DNA from: Thermovirgaceae bacterium
GTDB lineage: Bacteria > Synergistota > Synergistia > Synergistales > Thermovirgaceae
Length of the DNA: 10,779 bases
Reading direction: 5' to 3'
NCBI GenBank assembly: GCA_046542505.1
Contig: JBKHBH010000077.1
Coordinates: 1 to 10,779 of the forward strand
The position numbers were made by a program, and so were the translations under genes. Position 1 is the stretch's first letter. The number at the start of each line of letters is the position of its first letter. The notes beneath the pieces are model-generated. The model was not told where the DNA came from, searched no databases, and saw only the letters and a list, made by a program, of their open reading frames with translations. Shown piece by piece: positions 1-6,604 of the stretch.

Positions 1-1
1 G

Positions 2-274
2 ACCGGATACGGGCTTGGCGATCATGAATCGGACCTGCCGAACCTGCTGCAGGGCATTCTGCTCAGAAGTGACGAATTTTCACGACAGGATATTCTTGCC
101 GCCAAAAACGCCGGCAAAACGTCCAGGAACGGCAGCCACGGCCATGACCATTCGCACCGCCACGATCATCCTCACCCCCATGATCATGTCCACGAACATT
201 CCCATGACCATGCCGGCGACCACGAACATGGACATCATGTCCACGGAAAGGGGAAGACCAAACCTTCGGAGTAA
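2..274 (+). CDS. larC: 3' end of a LarC-family nickel insertase, N-terminal half (LarC1/DUF111-like), with a C-terminal His-rich tail; 5'-truncated by the window edge
   Basis: Frame +2 is open from base 2 to TAA 272-274: TGYGLGDHESDLPNLLQGILLRSDEFSRQDILAAKNAGKTSRNGSHGHDHSHRHDHPHPHDHVHEHSHDHAGDHEHGHHVHGKGKTKPSE*. GYGLG...LPNLL matches the GYGxGx(5-6)PNxL motif that ends the LarC N-terminal domain. It has 18 His in 36 codons, and a LarC C-terminal-half gene lies 2.1 kb downstream. Absent from the ORF track because the start is outside the window. Confidence 0.72.
   Translation, partial: TGYGLGDHESDLPNLLQGILLRSDEFSRQDILAAKNAGKTSRNGSHGHDHSHRHDHPHPHDHVHEHSHDHAGDHEHGHHVHGKGKTKPSE
137..244 (+). repeat. 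Low-complexity (CAY-NNN)n hexamer periodicity encoding a His-Xaa repeat
   Basis: A His codon occurs every 6 nt from 137 to 211 (13 consecutive HX units), with 5 more His up to 244. Confidence 0.9.
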
Positions 275-294
275 AGGCGAACTCGCCCTTTTTT
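273..294 (+). terminator. Possible weak intrinsic terminator after the larC N-half gene
   Basis: GGCG(276-279)-AACT-CGCC(284-287) hairpin, extendable by AAA/TTT across a bulged C, followed by T6 (289-294), immediately after the stop codon. The stem is short. Confidence 0.45.
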
Positions 295-304
295 GCTTCA
301 AATA

Positions 305-472
305 ACTGGCAGGAAAAGAGAAACTCCCTGTCAGTCAAGAAATAGAGATATCTCTCGCCCGACATAGCCTGCGACTTTTGGCCTGGGAGATAAAATCCAT
401 CACCTCATGCCGGTTGACGGCGAGGTGTTCTGGGTCCGAGCTGAAAGGGGGTATGAATGGGCGTTTTTTTTT
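305..472 (+). other. Structured intergenic/leader region (candidate cis-regulatory RNA, family not recognised)
   Basis: Hairpin ACTGGCAGG(305-313)/CCTGTCAGT(327-335); hairpin CACCTC-AT-GCCG-GTTGA-CGGC-GAGGTG (401-427); long-range pairing CGCCCG(356-361)/TGGGCG(458-463) plus CATA(363-366)/TATG(452-455); followed by T9 (464-472). Confidence 0.35.
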
Positions 473-485
473 GCGGAAGGGAAAA

Positions 486-502
486 GGGGAGCACGAATTG
501 CA
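486..502 (+). promoter_or_regulatory. Possible sigma-54 (-24/-12) promoter
   Basis: GG(488-489)-N10-GC(500-501) with a TTGCA -12 element, about 35 nt upstream of ATG 537. The -24 element (GGGAG) deviates from the TGGCAC consensus. Confidence 0.2.
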
Positions 503-536
503 CGCCAGAAAGAAAATTTTCCAGGAGGTGTCTTGT

Positions 537-2333
537 ATGCAAAAAGAACTTTTTTCCGCGATTACGGCGGCGAACGCGTTTGTCGAGAACGAAACCAGTG
601 ATCGTCTGGAAGCCATCACGAAAGGACACGGTATGCTGAACCTGGCCGTCTACAGTGCGGCCAACGTCATGGTCACCGAGATTCTGAGAGGAAGAAGCAC
701 CAAGCTGTCCGACGCGGACCTTGAAGACCTTCCCATTGATTGCATTGTGGATGCAGGGATCAAGGCGGCCAAAGACGGGGGAGCCGATTCGGCAAACGCG
801 GCCCTGATGGTGGCTGCCTTCCTGAATATCGTTGCCGGGACGGCTTCGCGGGCCGGCGTCCCCGCAGGGAACAGGAAACTCGGTTCCATGGCGAGGATGA
901 AAGCCGGGGCCAGCAGAGCCGGTGTCCAGGCCATTCCGACGTCGAAACTGACAAACAAGATTTCGGGCTTTCCGGCCGTAAAGGCCCTTTATGAAGCCAT
1001 AGAAAAGGGCGAGATCTGCCGGTTCAACGGGGCAGACGCACCGCCGTTCGTTCCCGGTGGAGCTATTTACGGGCACAGTGTCCTCGGCGAGGACATGACA
1101 TATGCCGACCTGGCCAAAAAGGGTACGAAAGTCGCTGTGGACGCCATGTTCAAGGCCTATCAGGGTGTCGCCATCAACCCCAATCCCTGGCTCTCGGCTG
1201 CAATCGCGGCAGCGGCAGTCCTTGAAATCGTCAATCCAGATGGCATGATCGGCGAGGAGTACGGCGAATTCTTCGTCCACGGCACAGGCTATCTTACCGG
1301 GAAGGGTGCCGCCGAAGCTGCGGGCCTGCCTGAAAAACTTCACATGCGCGGGACCAACAAGGAATATGACACGGCGGCGCTTATCGGCGACCTGGGTATG
1401 ATCTTGAAAGATGTTGGTGCGCCCACCGTTGTTGGCATGATGACGCTGAACGAGATGATGGCCTGCTTCCAGGAGGGCCCCATGATAGGTGCCGGTTTCG
1501 GCGCTGGTCCCGTCAATCCTCCCCTTGCACATCTTGTCAGCGATTGCATTGTCGCCTCGACGAAGCTGATAGAAACCGAAGGCGATGAAGAAGCCGCAGC
1601 GGACATGATCCATGACATGAAGCTGAATGAATGGCTCGACCCCGAACTTTCCGCCGCTTCAGGTAACATGGTGGCACACAAGGCGGAGCAGGTCATGCGC
1701 GGCCCCGTCACCAACGCGGTGATCAAGGGCACCCAGGGAATCCGCAACAACATGGAGTACCGGTTGGCCAAGTACACCTGGGACGGTCTCCAGGCAGGCA
1801 AGGCATTGGAGGATATTTGCCACGAGATCGATGTCAAGAGGCAGGAGAAAGTCGAGCAGAGGACCGGAATGCTGCTTGGAGGCATGTTCGGGAAGGAAAT
1901 TACCATCAAGTTCTCCAAGCTCAAGGGTGGGGCCCGTAGGAGCCATCCTTTTGCGGAGACCTACTGGGGCTTTGACGCCGATATCGACTGCGTGGTCACT
2001 GTGGACGGCAAGGAGTACAACATCGAAGGACTTTCCCACAAGGTCGCTCCCGACGTGGTGCTGAACAAGAAATCCGACTGGAGCATTCCCGTTACGGTTG
2101 CTGCGGTTGCAGCGCAGGAGCTTATGTACGTCGGCTGCTGTACCGTCAACGTGGTTATCCCTGCGGCGGTAGCTGCGACCTCAGGCAAGATGGGATGGAA
2201 AGATGCCGGCAAGTGTGCCGAAAAGGGCGCCTGCATCACCAACGCCATCCCTGGAGCGAAGGATACGGCCAGGGAAGTCGCGAAGTTTGCCGAACGCCTC
2301 ATGAAGGACATGGAAGACGTAAAGGACGTTTAG
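537..2333 (+). CDS. Protein of unknown function, 598 aa, Ala/Gly-rich, probably a soluble and mostly helical enzyme
   Basis: Long ORF with strong codon bias. AGGAGGT RBS at 523-529 precedes ATG 537 ([10 protein letters not shown]...), so the track start at 378 is too far upstream. A perfect terminator follows. I recognise no family motif. Confidence 0.9.
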   Translation: MQKELFSAITAANAFVENETSDRLEAITKGHGMLNLAVYSAANVMVTEILRGRSTKLSDADLEDLPIDCIVDAGIKAAKDGGADSANAALMVAAFLNIVAGTASRAGVPAGNRKLGSMARMKAGASRAGVQAIPTSKLTNKISGFPAVKALYEAIEKGEICRFNGADAPPFVPGGAIYGHSVLGEDMTYADLAKKGTKVAVDAMFKAYQGVAINPNPWLSAAIAAAAVLEIVNPDGMIGEEYGEFFVHGTGYLTGKGAAEAAGLPEKLHMRGTNKEYDTAALIGDLGMILKDVGAPTVVGMMTLNEMMACFQEGPMIGAGFGAGPVNPPLAHLVSDCIVASTKLIETEGDEEAAADMIHDMKLNEWLDPELSAASGNMVAHKAEQVMRGPVTNAVIKGTQGIRNNMEYRLAKYTWDGLQAGKALEDICHEIDVKRQEKVEQRTGMLLGGMFGKEITIKFSKLKGGARRSHPFAETYWGFDADIDCVVTVDGKEYNIEGLSHKVAPDVVLNKKSDWSIPVTVAAVAAQELMYVGCCTVNVVIPAAVAATSGKMGWKDAGKCAEKGACITNAIPGAKDTAREVAKFAERLMKDMEDVKDV

Positions 2334-2343
2334 GGGTTCCTGT

Positions 2344-2376
2344 AACGAGGGGGCCCTTGCGGGCCCCCTCGTTTTT
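2344..2376 (+). terminator. Intrinsic terminator / mRNA-stabilising hairpin
   Basis: Perfect 13-bp inverted repeat AACGAGGGGGCCC(2344-2356)-TTGC-GGGCCCCCTCGTT(2361-2373) with a T5 run (2372-2376), 10 nt after the stop codon at 2333. Confidence 0.88.
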
Positions 2377-2407
2377 CCCGCGGGAAGCAAAAGAAAAGGA
2401 GAGACAA

Positions 2408-2914
2408 ATGCTGGTCCTGGTCAATGCCGACAACGTTTCCGGTGAAGGTTTGCCTTATCTTATCGACGGTCTGATGGAGCGAGGGGCGGCAAGCGTTCAT
2501 GCCGTTCCGGCGATAACGAAAAAGGGACGGAGCGAGTTCCTTTTTTTCATCGATGCCCCGAAATCCTGTCTTGAGGAACTCCGTGAATTTCTCGGCCTCG
2601 AGCTCGACACGCTCGGAATGAGGGTCATCGAGCCCGAACATCTGCCTTTTGCCCCGATCCACACACTCCTGGTGCGGATTTTTCCGGAAGGATCCTCCGA
2701 AGGTGCAGAGGTCCGGGTAAAAAAACTGTCCGGCGGGCGCAATCCGCTTTCCTGCAAGGCGGAGTATGACGATCTGCATCAGGCGCTGTCTCTCTTTAAA
2801 GAGTCCTTCCCGATTTCTTTCAAGACGATCAAGTCAGCCGTTGAGCTGGCTGCTATGACTGGTGAAAAAATACACGTCTGCGGGCTGGTTTTTTCTCCCC
2901 TTGGTGGGGAATAA
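2408..2914 (+). CDS. larC: Stand-alone LarC C-terminal-half protein (LarC2-like, CTP-binding domain of the nickel insertase; DUF111 family), 168 aa
   Basis: AAAGGAG RBS at 2395-2401, ATG 2408. Motifs VNADNVSGE.LPYLIDGLMERGA.SV..VPAITKKGR, ELDTLGMR, EVRVK and KAEYDDL parallel the LarC C-terminal consensus NxDDxxxExxxYxxxxLxxxGAxDVxxxPxxMKKxR, ETxTxGxR, VxVK and KPEYED. Confidence 0.8.
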   Translation: MLVLVNADNVSGEGLPYLIDGLMERGAASVHAVPAITKKGRSEFLFFIDAPKSCLEELREFLGLELDTLGMRVIEPEHLPFAPIHTLLVRIFPEGSSEGAEVRVKKLSGGRNPLSCKAEYDDLHQALSLFKESFPISFKTIKSAVELAAMTGEKIHVCGLVFSPLGGE

Positions 2915-2951
2915 TTGTACAGGAAATGTGCTTTGAAAAGGAGTGAGAGCA

Positions 2952-3809
2952 TTGAAAAAAATCCTGCTTCAACTGGATACGGATGTTCAGCCGAGTGTGT
3001 TCGATGCAGTGACCGCTTATGACGGTGGTGCTGACGTGATCCTCCAGCATGCTTCGATCACGCCTGAAAACGCTGTACCGCTGGTGCACGGCGTCATGTT
3101 CACCCGGGGCGGCGACAAGATGAAAAACAGCGCCGTTTTCGTCGGCGGCTCAGACGTAGCAAAGGGCGAGGCTGTCATGGAGGCTGTGAAGGGTGCCTTT
3201 TTCGGCCCCGTCAGGAATTCCGTGATGCTCGACTCGAACGGCTGCAACACCACTGCGGCTGCCGCCGTCGCAAAGCTTGCCGGTGTCGTAGACGTCAAGG
3301 GCAAAAAGGTGGTTGTCCTCGCCGGGACCGGTCCCGTTGGACTTCGTGCGGCGGCCTTTTTTGCCGGCGAAGGCGCCGAGGTGACAGTGACGTCGCGCAG
3401 CATGGACAAGGCGAAGGCCGCTTGCGAGCAGTTGAAAAAACGTTTTGAAATTGATGTCAATCCCGCCGAGGCAAAGGACGAAGCTTCCACGGCCTCGGCC
3501 CTTGAAGGGGCTGTTGCCGTATTGTGCACCGGCGCAGCCGGGAAGATGCTTTTGCCCGAATCCACATGGAAGGGACATGCGACGCTCAAAGCCCTGGGCG
3601 ATCTCAACGCCGTCCCTCCTTCCGGCATCGAGAACATAAAGCCTCATTGGGACGGCAAGGATGTGGACGGCCAGTTCATCTTCGGCCCCATAGCGGTAGG
3701 CGGACTGAAGATGAAAGTACAGAGGGACTGTGTGGGGCGGCTGTTCGAGTCCAACGAGCTGGTTCTCGACGCCGAAGAAATATACAAGATCGTCAAGGAG
3801 TTCAAGTAA
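2952..3809 (+). CDS. mtdA: NAD(P)-dependent methylene-H4MPT (/methylene-H4F) dehydrogenase, MtdA/MtdC type, 285 aa
   Basis: DTDxxPSVFD, YDGGAD, FTRGG, VFVGGSD, FFGPVR.SVMLDSNG.NTTAAA, Rossmann VVLAGTGPVG, DLNAVPP, GGLKMK and LFES...DAEEIY all closely follow Methylorubrum MtdA. AAGGAG RBS at 2938-2943 favours TTG 2952 over GTG 2943. Confidence 0.93.
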   Translation: MKKILLQLDTDVQPSVFDAVTAYDGGADVILQHASITPENAVPLVHGVMFTRGGDKMKNSAVFVGGSDVAKGEAVMEAVKGAFFGPVRNSVMLDSNGCNTTAAAAVAKLAGVVDVKGKKVVVLAGTGPVGLRAAAFFAGEGAEVTVTSRSMDKAKAACEQLKKRFEIDVNPAEAKDEASTASALEGAVAVLCTGAAGKMLLPESTWKGHATLKALGDLNAVPPSGIENIKPHWDGKDVDGQFIFGPIAVGGLKMKVQRDCVGRLFESNELVLDAEEIYKIVKEFK

Positions 3810-4999
3810 CGGACGGCGGGACTCTTCTGATTACGGGTTTCAGTGCCCGTGCTCTCGCACACTGTGCAGCCGCTGCCGGATTCCGCAAGGTGACCGTCGT
3901 GGATGCTTTCGGTGACAGGGACCTTGCGGAATCCTTCGAAAGCGTTTCCACATGCAGAGACCTGGGCCTTCCTTTCAGTGATGAGGCGATACAGGTGGCG
4001 TGTTCGGGGATTCCCAAGGATATGGTCGTTTACGGGGGCGGTATGGAAAACCGCCCGGCGCTGGTTGACAAAATCTCCGAGGGACTTTTTCTTGCGGGAA
4101 ATACGCCCGATGTCCTCACTCGGGTACGGGATCCTCTTTTGCTTCAGAAAATATGCCGGCAGGAGGGAATTCCTTTTCCCCGGACCTGTTCGCTTTCATG
4201 TGCTGATGTCTGCGAAAGGCAGGAAGAGGAATCACTCCTTTTGGCAGGGGGGAAATGGTTGCGCAAAGGATGCGCATCCGGCGGGGGAACAGGAGTTCAA
4301 TTTTTTGGCGGGCCGGCGCTTTCCGAGGGAGAAGTAATGCAGAGATATCTCCCGGGAAGGGCTGTTTCCGTTTCATTCGTTGCCCACAAGGATGGGGCGG
4401 AAATCCTCGGCATGTCGGAGCAGCTTGTGGGGATCGCTGAATTCGGGGCGACGGATTTCAAATGGTGCGGGAATATCATGCCCGTTTTCCTTCAGCCGCC
4501 GGAGGGGGGAAAACTGTGGGAGGCCGCGGTAGAGTATGCCCGGATTCTGTCAAGCCGTTTCGGTTTGAGGGGTCTGAACGGCATCGATATGATCCAGTCT
4601 GACAGGCTTTACGTGATAGAGGTGAATGCCCGGTTTACGGCATCGATGGAGCTTTTGGATTCATTTCAGGATGGGACGCTTTTCAACCGTCATCTTGATG
4701 CATGTTCCGGAAGAACCCTCCGGGGTGTCGATCTGCGAAACGGGTTTACGGGGTACAGGGCGAAAGCCGTGGTCTACGCCCGGCAAAGATGCAAGGCGCC
4801 GGAAACGGAAGTCTGGATTCGGCGCGGGTGGCGTGACGTACCCTGGCCGGGTGATGTTTTTGAAGAGGGGAGCCCGGTGTGCACCGTCTTTTCCGAGGCG
4901 TCAGACTTGGGCCGGTGCCGGGAATTCCTCGTGCATGAAGCCGCAAAAGTGTATGAGGAGCTGGTTCCCATGGAGGGGGGAAAACTACGCCATGACTGA
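3809..4999 (+). CDS. ATP-grasp ligase, COG2232 / 'Orf1' type found in H4MPT/MFR gene clusters; start codon uncertain (non-canonical)
   Basis: N-terminal LLITGFSARALA..AAAAG..V.VVDAFGDRD, then YGGGMEN, GNTP, WLRK...SGGG.GV, QRYLPG, SEQLVG, WCGN, GL.GLNGID, IEVNARFTASMEL and RDVP.....E.GSPVCTV. The track extension to 3524 overlaps mtdA and is not protein-like. Confidence 0.82.
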   Translation, partial: TDGGTLLITGFSARALAHCAAAAGFRKVTVVDAFGDRDLAESFESVSTCRDLGLPFSDEAIQVACSGIPKDMVVYGGGMENRPALVDKISEGLFLAGNTPDVLTRVRDPLLLQKICRQEGIPFPRTCSLSCADVCERQEEESLLLAGGKWLRKGCASGGGTGVQFFGGPALSEGEVMQRYLPGRAVSVSFVAHKDGAEILGMSEQLVGIAEFGATDFKWCGNIMPVFLQPPEGGKLWEAAVEYARILSSRFGLRGLNGIDMIQSDRLYVIEVNARFTASMELLDSFQDGTLFNRHLDACSGRTLRGVDLRNGFTGYRAKAVVYARQRCKAPETEVWIRRGWRDVPWPGDVFEEGSPVCTVFSEASDLGRCREFLVHEAAKVYEELVPMEGGKLRHD

Positions 5000-5342
5000 A
5001 CAGGAGAATTCCCGAAAATTCGTGCTTGTTACCGGCAGGTCGCAGGAACAGACAAAAGGCATGCACGCCGGGAAAACAGGTTCTTCTTACAGAGATGCCG
5101 TTTCAGTGGCGGCGTTGCATCCCGATACCCTGGCCGAACTTGGCATGGGTGAAGGGAGCCGGCTCTGCCTGAAAACGTCGGCGGGAGAGGCGATTTTTGT
5201 CGCAAAGGCGGATCGGGGTCTTCCTGAAAACCTCGTATTCGTTCCCATGGGACCGGTAGTCAACGTCCTCGTGCCGGAAAAGACGGCGGGCTGCGGAATG
5301 CCGCCCTTCAAGGGCCTGGAAGTGGAGGTGACGGGGGCATGA
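4992..5342 (+). CDS. fwdD: Formylmethanofuran dehydrogenase subunit D (molybdopterin dinucleotide-binding domain), 116 aa
   Basis: GGAGGGGG RBS before ATG 4992, overlapping the previous gene by 8 nt. LVTGRS..Q, HP.TL.ELG..EG, VFVPMGP.VN and T.G.GMP.FKG are FwdD/FmdD signatures. Directly upstream of fwdB with an ATGA overlap. Confidence 0.9.
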   Translation: MTEQENSRKFVLVTGRSQEQTKGMHAGKTGSSYRDAVSVAALHPDTLAELGMGEGSRLCLKTSAGEAIFVAKADRGLPENLVFVPMGPVVNVLVPEKTAGCGMPPFKGLEVEVTGA

Positions 5343-6604
5343 CCACCGAAAACGTGGTGTGCACCTTTTGCGGGTGCCTGTGTGACGACTTGAAAGTCGA
5401 TGTCAAAGATGACGGGACGGTCGAGGTCAAGGGTGCCTGTGCGAACGGGAAGGGGCATATCGAAGCCTATGATCCTTCTGAAATCCAGCCCAGGGTTATG
5501 GGGAAACCCGTTTCCTGGGACGAGGCATTCAAAAAGGCGGCTTCAATCCTGGGAAAGGCCGGAAGCCCCCTGTTTTACGGGTTGAGTTCCACGGCGACGG
5601 AAGCACAGAGAAAATGTGTCGCTTTGGCGGATGCCCTGGGTGCCGTGGTGGATACCACATCTTCCGTCTGTCACGGGCCCACGGGGATCGCCATGCAGAA
5701 CTGGGGGGAGCCGACCTGCAGCCTCGGGGAGGTCCTGAACAGGGCCGACTTTCTCCTGTTCTGGGGGTGCAACCCGGCCGTTGCCCACAGCAGGCATTTC
5801 GTGCGGTACTCCCTGACGCCGAAAGGGAGGTATGTCCCCGGCGGGCGGAAAGACCGCACCCTCGTTCTGGTTGACATACGCGATACTCCGAGTTCGAAAG
5901 CCGCCGATGTTTTTCTCAAGATCAGGCAGGGTTCCGATTACGAGGTCCTGACGGCGTTGCGGGCCCTGGTGCAGGGGAAAAAGCTGGACGCCACCGAAGT
6001 TGGCGGCCTCGATAGAACACAATTGGACGATCTGGCGGAGCGAATGAAGGCCGCCAGGTATGGAGTGGCCTTTTTCGGCATGGGGCTGACCATGACGTCG
6101 GGCCGGGACCTCAACGTAGGTCAGTATTTTTCCCTGGTTCGTGACCTGAACGCCTTTACGCGCTTTTCCGTGGTGGCCATGCGAGGTCACGGAAACGTTG
6201 CCGGTGCTGATGCCGTTTTGACCTGGCAAACGGGATATCCTTTTGCAGTGAGCCTTGCCGGAGGAGTTCCCCGATACGGCCCGGGTGAATTCACGGCCGT
6301 CGACATGCTTGCGAGGCGCGAGGCCGATGCGGCGTTGATCGTCGCTTCAGACCCCGTGGCCCATTTCCCCGGTGCCGCGGCCCGGGCACTTGCTGAAATG
6401 CCGACCGTCGTGATAGACCCCGTTGAATCCCTGACGGCATCGGAGGCGACGGTATTCCTTCCGGGAGCGCAGTACGGGGCGGATGCGGAAGGGACCTACT
6501 ACCGGATGGACGGGGTGCCTGTCAGGGCAAAGGCGTTTCTCCGGCGCCGACGCCCGACGGATGAGGAGATCTTCGATCGCCTCCTGAAGGAGGTAGTCCG
6601 ATGA
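5339..6604 (+). CDS. fwdB: Formylmethanofuran dehydrogenase subunit B (Mo/W-bis-PGD, 4Fe-4S), 421 aa
   Basis: CTFCGCLCDD plus C34 (4Fe-4S), TSSVCHGP (metal-ligating Cys111, TGT 5669-5671), TCSLGEV.NRAD...FWGCNP..AH.RH..RYS, FFGMGLTMT, MRGHGNVAG, WQTGYPF and GTYYRMDGVP. Confidence 0.95.
   Translation: MTTENVVCTFCGCLCDDLKVDVKDDGTVEVKGACANGKGHIEAYDPSEIQPRVMGKPVSWDEAFKKAASILGKAGSPLFYGLSSTATEAQRKCVALADALGAVVDTTSSVCHGPTGIAMQNWGEPTCSLGEVLNRADFLLFWGCNPAVAHSRHFVRYSLTPKGRYVPGGRKDRTLVLVDIRDTPSSKAADVFLKIRQGSDYEVLTALRALVQGKKLDATEVGGLDRTQLDDLAERMKAARYGVAFFGMGLTMTSGRDLNVGQYFSLVRDLNAFTRFSVVAMRGHGNVAGADAVLTWQTGYPFAVSLAGGVPRYGPGEFTAVDMLARREADAALIVASDPVAHFPGAAARALAEMPTVVIDPVESLTASEATVFLPGAQYGADAEGTYYRMDGVPVRAKAFLRRRRPTDEEIFDRLLKEVVR

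Noticed and set aside
15..305. Track ORF 15..305 (Met/Thr-rich, 96 aa) and the antisense ORFs 63..365 and 80..301
   Set aside because: These are frame-shifted or antisense shadows of the His-Xaa repeat. The real frame is +2 (2..274), which carries the LarC motif.
305..460. Resemblance to known riboswitches: ZTP/pfl (ACTGGC...GCCTGGG), Moco (TCCGAG...GAAAGG), NiCo (AACTG.CAGG...CAGT) and c-di-GMP-I (GAAA loop)
   Set aside because: Only short words match. The required stems, spacing and pseudoknot partners of these families are not present, so no family call was made. A cmscan search would settle it.
378..536. N-terminal 53-aa extension of the unknown protein (TTG 378)
   Set aside because: It has no RBS and runs through hairpins and a T9 tract. 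A strong RBS sits before ATG 537.
780..1095. Faint likeness of the Ala-rich helices of the unknown protein to methyl-coenzyme M reductase beta-subunit segments
   Set aside because: The likeness is compositional (Ala/Gly helices). There are no diagnostic Mcr motifs and no other mcr or cfb genes. A structure search would be needed.
405..1613. 402-aa antisense ORF opposite the unknown gene
   Set aside because: It shares codon boundaries with the sense gene, an expected by-product of strong codon bias in GC-rich DNA. It has no motifs and no RBS.
2195..2407. Upstream extension of the larC2 ORF, or a programmed frameshift fusing the unknown protein to LarC2
   Set aside because: The frame is open, but it crosses a strong terminator and encodes non-protein-like sequence. 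larC2 has its own RBS and ATG at 2408, and no clear slippery site is evident.
3524..3805. Track N-terminal extension of the ATP-grasp ORF
   Set aside because: It overlaps the conserved mtdA C-terminus in another frame and is Arg-rich shadow sequence.
4626..4991. Track N-terminal extension of fwdD
   Set aside because: It overlaps the ATP-grasp gene. FwdD similarity and the RBS begin at ATG 4992.
5669..5671. Possible selenocysteine at the FwdB metal ligand
   Set aside because: The codon is TGT (Cys), and there is no in-frame TGA.
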